NCBI GenBank assembly: GCA_964016885.1
Contig: OZ024743.1
Coordinates: 184,946,001 to 185,010,000, forward strand
DNA: 64,000 nucleotides
Direction: 5' to 3'
From: Eledone cirrhosa
Lineage: Eukaryota
This document shows positions 25,901 through 37,294 of this stretch, piece by piece. Within the stretch, counting starts at the first letter, position 1; each line of letters begins with the position of its first letter. Made by a program: the position numbers and the translations under genes. Under the pieces are notes generated by a model. It did not search any database, had not been told where the DNA came from, and saw nothing but the letters and a program-made list of their open reading frames with translations.

Positions 25901-26236
25901 TATCGTCATCATTTTACGTCCGCTTTTCCCTGCTTGCAAGGGTGGGACGGGAACTGATTCTGGCTTGATTTCTACAGCTGGATGCCCTTCCTAACACCAA
26001 CCCCATTTACAGTGAGTGCTGGGTGCTTTTTTTTGCCGTGGCACCTCCACATCCACTTTGTAGTGGAATGATAGGGACCCCAGTCCCTATCATTTCATTT
26101 CTACAGCTGAGTAAACTGGAGCAATGTGAAATAAAGTGTCTTGCTCAAGGAAACAACACATCACCCGGTCTGAGAACTGAACTCACAACCTTTTGATTGC
26201 AAGGCCAATGCTCTAACTACTAAGCCATGTGCCTCC
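25901..26236 (-). mobile_element. tRNA-derived SINE family B, inverted relative to 25145-25470
   Basis: Highly similar reverse complement of 25145-25470 along its whole length. Confidence 0.85.
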
Positions 26237-26485
26237 ATATATATATATATATATGTCTATAGAGTGAAGGCACATGGCTGAGTGTTTAGAGAATTGGATT
26301 CGCAATTGTGAGGTTGTGAGTTCGATACCTGGACCGGGCGATGTGTTATGTCCTCGGCCAAGACACTTTATTTCACATTGCTCCTTGTACCTGGAGTTGT
26401 GACCGATAGATAGTATTAGCAATTGGAAAGACCAATGGAAACATTGTTTCCTTGGTCCAATTTGACGAAAGTCGAGTGACTGTCG

Positions 26486-26521
<36 letters not shown>

Positions 26522-27279
26522 TGTTTGGTTTTGAAAAGATGAACTGTGTCCATGTATATTATAAAAGTTTGATGCCAGGATGGGCATCCACCTATAAAAT
26601 GTTGCTTTGGAAAGTTCATGATGAGTATGAAGCCTTTCATGGGGCCCACAAGGCTAACCCCTACCTACTTTAACAAAGAAAATTACCATAAAAAGTTTGT
26701 AATAGAGAAAGAAAGAAAATAATTAGACATTTTTTTATAGTTTTGAATTTACTGGTTTAAGTTCAGTGTGCAAGCAATAGCTGCAGGCATGGCTGTGTGG
26801 TTAAGTGGTTCACTTCACATTGACATGATCTTGTGTCATATCCCACAGCATGATACTTTGAGCAAGTGTCTTCTACTATAGCCTCTAGCTGACCAATGTC
26901 CTGTCAATGAAATTGGTAGGCAGAAACTGTATGAAGCCCATTGTATATATATGTGTGTGTGTGTGTGTGTCATGTTGCTTTGCATTTGACATTGATAGTG
27001 TACTCCATATGTGTGTGTGTGTGTGTCATGTTGCTTTGCATTTGATATTGATAGTGTACTCCGTGGTATTAATTTGTCTCCTGTAAACAGAAATCCCACG
27101 GCTTAGGAGTTAGTCATGCAAAGATTCCATAACTTACTTTAAAATTCTGCCTTTTAAAAATTTCAGCCAACTGATGCCAGCATAGAAAACTAGATGTAAG
27201 ATAATGATGATGGTGAATCAGTTTTTTATTTTTTTTTTTTTTTTGTTAATTTTAATTTGACCACCATTTTATTTTCCAG

Positions 27280-27418
27280 TGGTAATACAGCTGAAACTCG
27301 AGGAACTGCATATGTAGTATATGAAGATATATTTGATGCAAAGAATGCTTGTGATCATTTATCTGGTTTCAATGTATGTAATAGATACCTTGTGGTACTA
27401 TATTACCAAGCAGTTAAG
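27280..27418 (+). CDS. SF3B6: SF3B6 coding exon 3: T+[46 protein letters not shown]
   Basis: ttttccag acceptor, GTGAGA donor, 139 nt; the phase 2 join completes CTT (Leu); hallmark SF3B6 RRM sequence. Confidence 0.98.
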
Positions 27419-28285
27419 GTGAGAATTTCCAGATATTTTCTTTTGCCATATCTTTTTTTATATTTTGTGAGTATTAGACTCAATGGATTGGAGCTGAAGG
27501 TATTGGACCTCTGTTGGATACAGTGATGAGTGTTCCAACTGCTTGGAGCAGCCTGCTCATAAAGTTAATGTGGTATTTGGCTGAGAGCATTCCACTGATG
27601 TGTTCCCTTAATGTAATTATCAGGAAAACTGAGTATGATACGTTGTGTGACAAGGCTGGTCCTTTGAATAACAGGTACAACACACTTTTGCAAGTTGAGT
27701 AAACTGGCACAATGTGAAATAAAATGTCATACTCAAGGTACAACATACTGCTGGGAATCAAACTCATGATCATGACCTAACACCCTAACCACTAAACCAT
27801 GCACCTTCACAAGTCATTGTAATAGTCTCTGTTTGTCACACTAGGTGCAGACAGGGCTGTTCATATAACAACAATGTAACGTGGTTGTTGGTTTATGTTG
27901 GAAGCAATGTAAATAACAGAAGTAGCAGAATGGAATACCAGGCTGGCAATATATAGCCAGCTCACCCAAAACTGCCTCTCTGGTTCTTTGAAACAAATGA
28001 GCTTATTTTAAAGAGTTCCTATTTAAATTAAAACATTGCAGCATAATTCTATATAAGAACCTTTTGTGTTACAAATACCATATTAATAATGAAATAATTT
28101 TAGTAAATCCTTCAAATTCTTCATTAATTAATTGAAATACAGTGTATTCCATCAGAAATACAGTTATAAAAGGGTTGATTCAATTTCAAACAACTTTCCG
28201 TTTCTATATTCTTGAAAATTTTCATTAATTTTCATATAAAAAATAAGTGATTTCATCATTATCTTCCTTATATATTTCTTTTTAG

Positions 28286-28378
28286 GCTTTCAAACGAATT
28301 GACCAAGATAAAAAGAAAGATGATATTGATAAAATGAAAACAAAGTATGGATTAAGTACACCAGAGAACAAGAAATGA
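28286..28378 (+). CDS. SF3B6: SF3B6 coding exon 4: AFKRIDQDKKKDDIDKMKTKYGLSTPENKK*
   Basis: ttctttttag acceptor, phase 0, TGA at 28376-28378; matches the AF..D.KK...K.KYG C-terminus of p14. Confidence 0.95.
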   Translation, partial: AFKRIDQDKKKDDIDKMKTKYGLSTPENKK

Positions 28379-28794
28379 TTTTCTATACACATTATGGACC
28401 ATATATTCAAAAACAGAGGCTATCATAATGAAAAGAAAAAATGGAAATATATCTCATCTACCATTCTTCTCATCATAAACTTACAAACCTTCAACTTTAT
28501 ATACATAAATCATATCTCTGATTTTTAATTTTAGGTTGTTTTTTTTATTTCATGTAATACATTTTTTCCACATGAAATGTAAGTATCAAGGCATAAATAC
28601 GATGAAAGGGTGTTGAAAAGTTCTCAGCTTAACCCATTTCCCAAAAGTTTTCAACATCCCTTCATATATGTAGTGGGAAGATAGAAAGAAAGAAGAAAAA
28701 AAACTGCCTTTCCTTTCTCTTTATTTGAACCCATGCTCATTCCATCATTCCAATGTCCACACCTATATTTAATACAGATGTCTATCTATCTAAG

Positions 28795-29080
28795 GCGGTT
28801 AAAATTCCCGAGATCCATGGACGAGTTCTCTCCAGCGGTCTCTGTCCCTCATTATCGCTGCCATGTCCTGCGTCTCCAACAGACCAGTGTCTGTCCTTAG
28901 GGCATCAACATACGTTAACCTTGGTCTTCCTCTTCTAGTGTGTCCATGTAGGGGCTCCCACAGGAGCACTGAGTGCAATGTCAACTCTGGATGTCGGTGA
29001 GCATGTCCAGCTAACCTCAGTCTCCTCTGTGTCACTTTTGAGCTGACTTTTGGGATGCTCCCATACAGCTCTGAGTTTTT
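28795..29080 (-). mobile_element. RTE-like LINE ORF C-terminal fragment (third family)
   Basis: RRLRLAGHAHRH...LLWEP...RRGRPRLTYVD.L..D...DRDRWR motif. Confidence 0.85.
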
Positions 29081-29177
29081 CATCAGTGTATACAGATGTA
29101 TGAAGGTTTAATCTGTTAAAAAAACAGATTTTATAAAAATCAATATTTGTTGAACAATTAATCTTGGTATTTATCAT

Positions 29178-29308
29178 ATCGGTAGAGGGTCGGACAACAT
29201 GCTTTGTAGCACAGAGTTACGCCCCTTCCTGATCTGAGTTCAAATCCTGCTGAGGTTAACTTTGCCTTTCAGTAATTGCTGGCCTTGTGCCAAAAGTAGA
29301 AACAATTA
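29178..29308 (+). mobile_element. Internally deleted SINE family A
   Basis: Matches 1570-1745 with the central core missing. Confidence 0.75.
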
Positions 29309-29649
29309 TTTTTAATTATCAAAAACATAACCATTCCAATTTGAGCTGGCACACAAATTTAATATAATTTTATTTTATAGTTATATATCCCTTGAAAAAA
29401 ATCAACACTGCAATTATCATTTTTCCACTTAATTAGATTCAGTCAGATTGATTGTATTTCCATTGATGCTACTACTAAGATACATCTACTAAACGCTTGT
29501 TTGCACTACACTACTGTGTGGCTGCGAGACATGATATGTAGCCAATGAGAACGGTGAAATTATACAAGCTTTTGGTCTTGCTGAATCCTCCATGTTCATG
29601 AATTGGATTTTGTGATAAATTCCAATATGTGAATGATGATAATCTCTCT

Positions 29650-30080
29650 ATTAAGATGCCACAGGCTTCCTTTCCCAGCTCAAGTCAGAGAGGCTTGATC
29701 GAGAGGGTGGCAAAGGGCCAGATAGCATTACAATCTTTCTGTTCTGCTGGGGCAAGCCCCTCATCTGGGGTGCCACATGTGATATCTTCTCTAGCAACAA
29801 CCTGTTGGATTTAGCCAACAGCTCAAGCTCTGCTGCTCGCCAGGCCAAAGAGGGCAAACTGTCGAAATATCAGCCTCTTTCTGATAGGTTTGTGGTTGAG
29901 CCTGTGGCAGCATAGACTTCTAGCATTCTTGGTGCCTGGACCACATCCCTACTCACTGCTATCGGAGCGGAGTTGGCTACCTGCAAGCATGAGCCATGGG
30001 AGGTGAAGTGGTTATTCCAGTGCCTCTCCCTTGCCATCCTCTGAAGCAATGTCTTCTCCATCCTGTCTGCTGGGACCACA
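29650..30080 (+). mobile_element. CRE-like non-LTR retrotransposon 3' fragment
   Basis: Reads GLDREGGKGPDSITIF...GKPLIW.AT and ...WLFQCLSLAIL..NVFSILS, colinear with 57410-57960. Confidence 0.75.
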
Positions 30081-31549
30081 AGGTGGACTGACCCTTGAAC
30101 AATGAGTGGTAAATACAGATCACACATTAAACAGTATTTATTTGAAAAAGAAAGGATTGGGAAAATCAAAACTTTCCAAACTCATTGATAGGCACCAACG
30201 TACATATCTTTTGATTAATCTATAATTATCATCCTTATCAACACCATAATCACTCTCAGTACCACCACAGTCACCATACTAGCATAAAATCCGTAAATCG
30301 TCGTCTATCAGACGTGCAGAGTTACCTACCTTTCCATGGAAGCACAATGCAAAATTTGAACGTATGACTATTTAGCTTCTGATAATGTTAATAATATTGG
30401 CTACATAAACTTCGGTCGGGATTTTGAGAATAGAAGAGAAAACATCTATATGTTATGATAATCTTCGATATAATAATAATTGCACCATATAGAAAGGAGT
30501 GCTGCTTCTATTCTGACATAAGTCTGGTCAAGCAATCGAAATGGATATTAGACAAGGGGCAAAGAACCTTTTCACTCTGAAGATCCATTTTTAGCCTAAA
30601 GAAATAATTGAGACTATCAGAACCACATAATTTATTATAAACAAAATTACTTTCAAGAAAGAAAACAAATTTAGCTGGCATTTTTCTTACTTAATACAAT
30701 TTTTTACTTTGAATTTTATCTAAAATTATTTGAATATAGTTAATTTTTGATGTCTATGATTGGTACTGGATATATGAACAAGCTGGAAAATTTGTGTTTA
30801 CATAAATCAATAGTTTGCATAAAAGAGCCCCTATTTTTTTCTTGATTACTGACATGTGGAAATAATGTATTTCTAGGATATAATAATATATTGTTCAATG
30901 TAGATGTACAAATGACACAGTATTAAATGTATGAGTAACTTTGGAGAAGTAACTGATTACAGAGACACATAGTGTTAGAACCTAGAACCTTGCCTAGCGA
31001 GTAAAGTTGCACCAATTAATCAAATATTGGCTTTTTTTTTTTTTCTTTTGCTGATTAATTGGTTTTGATAATCAGTCATTACTCTTTTCTTTTTATTATA
31101 CTGGAATAGAAAAACCATGGATGACAGAAATTGGAAAAACATTTGATTCAACCTATTGAAATACATGGAAAACAGACATTAAATGGTGATGATATGATGT
31201 TATTGGCTAGGGTACACAATCTAAGCCCACCATTGTAATATAACTATGTTCCTATTATTCAAATGTGCTGATCTACATGACTAAAAATTATTTGGAACTG
31301 CTCAAGGAGTGTCATTCCTAGTAGGTTAAAGGGTGTCAAAGTAGAAGAAAGATCTTCCTACCCACCTGAAAGGATATGGGATTAATTGATGTTTGAAAAA
31401 AGAATTAAGTTTAAAATAGATTCTCTAGATAAATAGAGTGTGGTGAGTTGACATGTTGTAGATATCAGCAGCCTTTACCATTGCCACCCCAATAATACAA
31501 GCCCAGACAATGTGGAAGAATGCACTCTGGTGTGCAGAACCCTAGGTGC

Positions 31550-31745
31550 AAGATGCCTCATTGTCCCTGTGGACAGAATGGAGAAAGTATTATCCTAAAG
31601 GATAGCAAAGGTGAGGCATTGAAATAACTATTCCAACTTGTGGGCCTTACTCCTGCAGGTAACCAACTCTAAAAGCAGTGATTAGGTAGGTGGTTCAAGG
31701 ACCAAGATTGCTAGAAGTTTCTGCTGCTGTTGTGTCAATGACAAA
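31550..31745 (-). mobile_element. CRE-like retrotransposon 3' fragment
   Basis: gtggacagaatggagaaagtatt...ttccaact...gaccaagattgctagaagt matches the reverse complement of 29880-30075. Confidence 0.6.
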
Positions 31746-33550
31746 TTGCATCCATGATAAAGTGCATCCAGTACACTTTGTAAAGTGGTTTTGCTGGTGC
31801 CACAATAAAACCCCCTCAGCACACTTTGTAAAGTAGCTGGTATTAGGAAGGGCATCCAGCCCTAGAAATCATGCCAAAATATAAAACATGAGCAAGGCAT
31901 GGTCATCTGACTCATCTGGTTTCAGACTTTGGTGGCCCATCCAACTCATGCCAGTATGAAAAATGGATGTAAAATGATGGTGATTCCCAAGATCAGCTGA
32001 AAAATTAGAAAGTTAAATAATAAATTATTTAACACTAAACCACCTGAAACTGCCCCTTTTTCTATGATACAAAACTGTTTCAAATTGCTTATATCTATTT
32101 TAAAATCTTCCATCATAATTTTGTATAAGAACCTTTAAGCTATGTTCCAAACACCAACTTAATCATGAGAAATTTATCCTACCAAATTCTTGTTTATTTT
32201 CAAAATGATTTGAAAATAATAGGCAGTCATTCATTAGAAATATGGTAACAAAAGTATTAAAATTCCTCCAAATTCTTGATTATTTTCAAAATGATTTGAA
32301 TATAATAGATAGTGTTTTTCATTAGAAATATGGTTTCAAACAGGTTTAAATTCTGTAACATAAATGACCTAACTATTTACAACACTAACCTCTGAAAAGT
32401 AGCTAGTCACCTGATCATCTACCATTTAGGTGAACAGCAAAATAAAATTCATATCAGTAATTAGTCAACAACAGGTCATAAAAACTAAGTTTTTCTCCAG
32501 TGAAGAATGTATCACTTAACATAGACCAGTGGTAAATGTAAGAGAGATTAATTCAGAGACAGAAAACAATCAGGAGGAGATAAAGACATATAAAATAGAA
32601 CACAACTGAGTGTTTCTCCAAGACAATCTGCTGCAAGCCAGAGATCAGATTTGTGAGTGGAACTAGGTTTTGACCAGACAGGTGATGTGGTAGTTGTAAC
32701 TATTTTACTTATGTACAGTTAAATAATAAAAGACACTGCATATGATTTTCAAATAATTTTGAATATTATCAAGAATTTGCATGGATTTAGCAATATTATT
32801 GATTTTCATATTATTACATTGGTGTTTAAAGTATGATTTAACAAAACTTCTAATACAAAATTATGATGGAAGGTTTTAGATAAATACTAGCAGAGGTACC
32901 CGGTATAACTCTCAATGGAGTAGTCATTCAAATGAACCAAAAGACTTCTGTTAAACGCGACTATAGAAGTAACAATTTATAGGTGTTGGCCCTAAAGAGG
33001 GCCTTTGAACGTTCACTTTGAAATATCTCTGCGGCGGTGTTGCCAGCAAAGACGAATCCGATGGTAACAATTTAAACTTGGTGGCCTTGAAGAGGGCCTT
33101 GGATCGTTCACTCTTAAAAGTCCTAGTGGCAGAGCTGTCAGCAAAGACGACTCCGATTAGAGGTGGTGGCCCTTAAGAAGTCCTTCACACCTCTTTGGTG
33201 TGTCGTATTTGCTTTGCTTGTTATTTGAGATTGTAACCTAGAAAAGCATGTAACAGTCGGTGGCCACAAAAACGGCCTTGGCAAGATCACGCTGGAATGT
33301 CAAAAAAATGTGTAAATAAGATGGAGGGAAAAGTAGATTAATTAGGTTAAAACTACAGAACATCGATAGCAAAGCGTAATAGCAACATATAAATGCGTGA
33401 AACGGAGACATTGAACATTTATAACGTATAGCAAAAGCAACCTCAGAGGCGTACGTGGTATTGTCAAAAGGGCAAAAATAGCACACGGATACAGCAAATG
33501 TAAGCACTTATACAAAGAAAAAAACGATTACTTGTTGGCGGATGGGGTGC

Positions 33551-34045
33551 CTACAAAACTTCCTTATAGACTATATTTTGGGTTTTCTCGAGAGTTGCAA
33601 AAGCAAATAGGTTATGTCGGCTCCCCACTCGAGAGCAGCCAACATATAGTTGACCATGGGAGAAGCACGGTTCTTCTAAATTAAGCCCTACGGCCATCAG
33701 CGTCTGACCCTGTGATTTATTAATCGTCATGGCGAAACTAAGAGGAAATTGCAGCCTTCTGAATGTGAAAGGAATGTCTTTACCGGATGGAATGAGAGGT
33801 ATCCTTGGTATGAAGACAGTATCCCTCGTACCACATCCTGTAAGTATTGTTGCCTCAATAACATTTTGGACGACCAGACGCGTGCCGTTGGAAAGCCTTC
33901 GGGGTTCCAAATTCCTGAGGAGGAGCATGACAGGGGCACCTTTCTTAAGTTGCAGTAAGTGTGGTGGCAATCCAGAAGGGTCTAGAAATTCTGTGGGGTA
34001 ATTAACAACTTCGTCCGGATCAGCCATAGAGTCAAGGGACTTGTA
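33551..34045 (-). pseudogene. Helitron PIF1-family helicase C-terminal remnant
   Basis: VNYPTEFL..SGLPPHLLQLKKGAPVMLLLRNL, NGTRL, IPRIPLIPS, RRLQFP, FAMTINKSQGQTL, FSHGQLYVGCSRV, NIVYKEVL; no Walker A/B or HUH Rep part. Confidence 0.92.
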
Positions 34046-34064
34046 GTCTGCAAGTTTCAGGCAA

Positions 34065-34503
34065 GCACAGCGTAGTCGAAGGAGGGGGTCGTAGTTAAAG
34101 TCCTAGAAATGCCACATAATGATGATCGCCGCTGTTCATTTTGCAGAAGTCGGCCACATCATTGCTCTAGGGTTTCAGTATTTCATGCAGCGGCGTCCCT
34201 GCTTCGTCAAATGGCGCATCATCCTTCATCCTTTCGAGCGCGAACAGTGGCATCCCTGCTTCGTCGAATGGCACATCATCCTTCATCCTCTCGAGCGCGA
34301 GCAGCAGCAGTTGTGGCAGCATCTTTGTTCCGTCGAAGTTCACACCGACTGTCATCCTCCTCCGCTCTTGTAGCTGCCGTCTGCACAGCATTCTGTGACA
34401 GCCTGATCGCAGTCGCATTTACATCTTCGGTGAGACGCCTTCGCTTAGACCTACTTGCATCATTAGATAATCAACCAATGAAAGTTCTTTTCTTGAGGGG
34501 CAT
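34065..34503 (-). pseudogene. Helitron Rep/Hel N-terminal remnant with Arg/Ala/Glu-rich repeats
   Basis: ATG at 34503: MPLKKRTFIG*LSNDASRSKRRRLTED... with RAREDEG-type repeats and six in-frame TGA stops, followed (frameshifted) by FNYDPSFDY. Confidence 0.7.
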
Positions 34504-36995
34504 TGTTTTTAGAAAATTAACCAGGGAGAATAATAAATAGTAGACAAATAACGTTTAAGTAAGCAAATCTAAACACGGATATAAATTGTGAAAAAATGTG
34601 ATAAATCTATGTGGTGTGAGAAAGTGGGTATGTTTTGCAAGATTTTGTGTACCAGTCAAATTTCAGGTTTTAAGTTAGGGGAAACACAGCGTATGGACTA
34701 CCTATGATAAAGGAAATTAAATAGTGTGGCTACAGTGGTAGGTATATAAGTGTCAGTATGTTTGTTCAGTTCAAATATAGCAATAAGTACTAACTATTGA
34801 AAGCATACAGGCAAAAATGGCCGAAAAATCACAGCATGATAAACTGGAACCTTATGACCATAAACACATTAACTCAACCTCCTTTAAGGTGACAAATGTT
34901 GAAGAAGCATGCGTTTCAGAAACATGGGGTAGCTTATGAGAGTACGCATGTAAAAAAATCTACCACTTGTCAAAAGCCAAAAAAGAAGTGTGATCCTAGG
35001 TCGAAATTGACCGATATAAATAGGAGTGATTTCGCTCAATGAACAACACTCGAGTTGTCTGATTGGTTAGATAATACAAATAAATATGATGAAATCTACT
35101 GAACACAACTCACTGATGTGTGGTTGGCCAGAGGTCGCCATTTCGCACTTAATTGAGGTGCAATTAAACGGGGGAGACAACCGGGTGCAAACTAATCAAT
35201 CATTCGCACAGTTTAGGCATGAGTGTGAAATAGGACAATCCACATACAGTAGGCATTAAAATTTACACCTGCGTTAAATCGCGCTTTCTTGGTTAGGAGT
35301 GTGAAATGACGGCAAAGTTCAAGGAATAAAATTTAACTCCTCGTTCTGCACTTAATTGTGCAATTACACGGGGGAGACAACTGGGTGCAAAATTAAATTC
35401 AATCATCCTAAAGTTAACTAAACAAACTAAAGTTAAGCCAGGGGGATTTTTAAATTTGCTACTCCATTTGTGGGACATGAGTAACCGATGCGTCAACTTT
35501 CGTTTAAATTGACTTTTATTTCCAGAAGTTGAAATGCTTTGCTGCAACCATAATATGAACTTTAAAAGTGGTCTAAAAGGGCTCACTGCTCTCCCCAGGG
35601 GGTTCCCTTAAAAATTCAAGTGATAACGAATGTGTGGTGCTTTATCTTATGGCAGGCAATAACCATTTCGTTTACTTTTTGTAAGAATCAAGGTCATGGT
35701 GCTTTTTTATTGTGGTAGTTTGAAATTTTATAGGTTAATGGATTGGGCTAATTGTCTCCGAGGGGGGGTCCTCTTGCTGAATTGAAATGAAAGTAAATGT
35801 GCCTCACTGTATCTTCATCTGTAGTACATGAATAACAACTAAGTCGAAATTCGTTTTATTGGACTACCAATTATCGAAGCTATGACGCTTTGCTGCATTA
35901 CAATAGCCAAATTCAATAAATGACCCACTGGGGCTTACTGCCCCCTGGGGGTCCCCTTGCTTGTTCCAGGTATAGACAGTGTCTTCAACATCATCTTTAG
36001 GCAATGGGTAACCAATGTGTCCGGTAAAGTTAAAATCGAACGTAAACTTCAAAAGTTATCAGGTACTAATACAGTGTTAATGTGAACTTCAATAGATATG
36101 TCGAAGGGGCTTACTGCTCCCCAAGGGGTCCCCTACCTGAATTTCTGCGCAAGTGCATGCCTGCAAATTTATTTGTAGGCCATAAGCAAACGAAAGATAA
36201 ATTTTGGTGAAGATGGGAGGCAAACTGCAGGAATTATGGGGCCTTTATGCACTAGTACTGCTGACTCCAAGCGAGAGGCTTAAGGGGGTTATCTGCCCCT
36301 GGGGGACCCCACAATCGATGTACGGAAAAATAAAATAGCCTACGACGTATAATAGGACTTCAGAAACCTATGTATGAAATTTGGTGCAAATCGGTTGTAA
36401 AATGTAGAAATGCATGCGGTTACACAAACAGACAGACATCTTCTGTTTTATGTATATAGACTAGCAGAAAACCACCCGGTGGGCGGTTTTCTGCTAGCAA
36501 ATCTAGTGTATATACTGATATTGTTGAGATTTGGATGAGAAATGTTTTCGGCACCACATGTTCACCGTCTCTCGGTGTGTCTTTTATGCATGTATAAATA
36601 TATATGTTATCTATACGGTGAAATCTTTGAAATAAATATATGTTAAAACGAAAAAGGAGAAAAAGAGATTAGTGACGGAAATATAAACGTTATGATACAT
36701 AAACGTTATGATATAACGATGGAAATATATCTTCAAATGGTCCTTGGCATGGTGTCAAGTCAGAACCGCCTCGAACTGGTTACTTCTGGCTTGTGCAAGG
36801 TGTCTCTATAGCAACCAGCGATTCCCTCGGCCTCAGTGACCAAAGTCAGTGGAGAGGGGAAGGTAATGTTTCTATTATAGCAACAGTGTTTCTCTTGGTA
36901 GTACCAAAGTGGAGAAAGGAAGGGGAAGGTAATATTTCTGTACCACCTACATTTGTTTTAGGGAAGGACAGACAGACAAACAGAGAAATGCCCAT

Positions 36996-37294
36996 ATATT
37001 TCTGTGTGTGTATATATATATTACACACACAGAAATGTATATAGATTTCTGTGTGTATATATATATATATTACACACACAGAAATGTATATATATATTTC
37101 TGTGTGTATATATATATTACACACACAGAAATGTATATAGATTTCTGTGTGTATATATATATATATTACACACACAGAAATGTATATATATATTTCTGTG
37201 TGTATATATATATTACACACACAGAAATGTATATATATTTCTGTGTGTGTATATATATATATATATTACACACACAGAAATGTATATATATTTC
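36996..37294. repeat. Palindromic minisatellite, about 7 units of ~40-46 bp
   Basis: Unit tttctgtgtgt(ta)n-tacacacacagaaatgtata; each unit is self-complementary. Confidence 0.9.

Larger units (their letters stand above)
32887..36460 (-). mobile_element. Helitron 1, internally deleted and non-autonomous
   Basis: On the - strand it begins TCTATATAC (36460) and ends CCGGGTACCTCTGCTAG|T (32887); no TSD; contains Rep/Hel remnants in the same orientation. Confidence 0.9.

Noticed and set aside
26947-27062. Short direct duplications (also 43350-43410 and about 36684-36713)
   Set aside because: Ordinary slippage-type tandem duplications.
14234-28285. U12-type introns in SF3B6
   Set aside because: Donors are GTAAGT, GTAAGT and GTGAGA, not RTATCCTT; these are ordinary U2 introns.
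33551-34027. Host PIF1 helicase gene
   Set aside because: Only the C-terminal motifs are present, intronless, with small deletions, and enclosed by Helitron termini.
35575-36312. CRISPR array
   Set aside because: Eukaryotic context, degenerate repeats, ~150-bp spacers and no cas genes; reported instead as a Helitron internal array.
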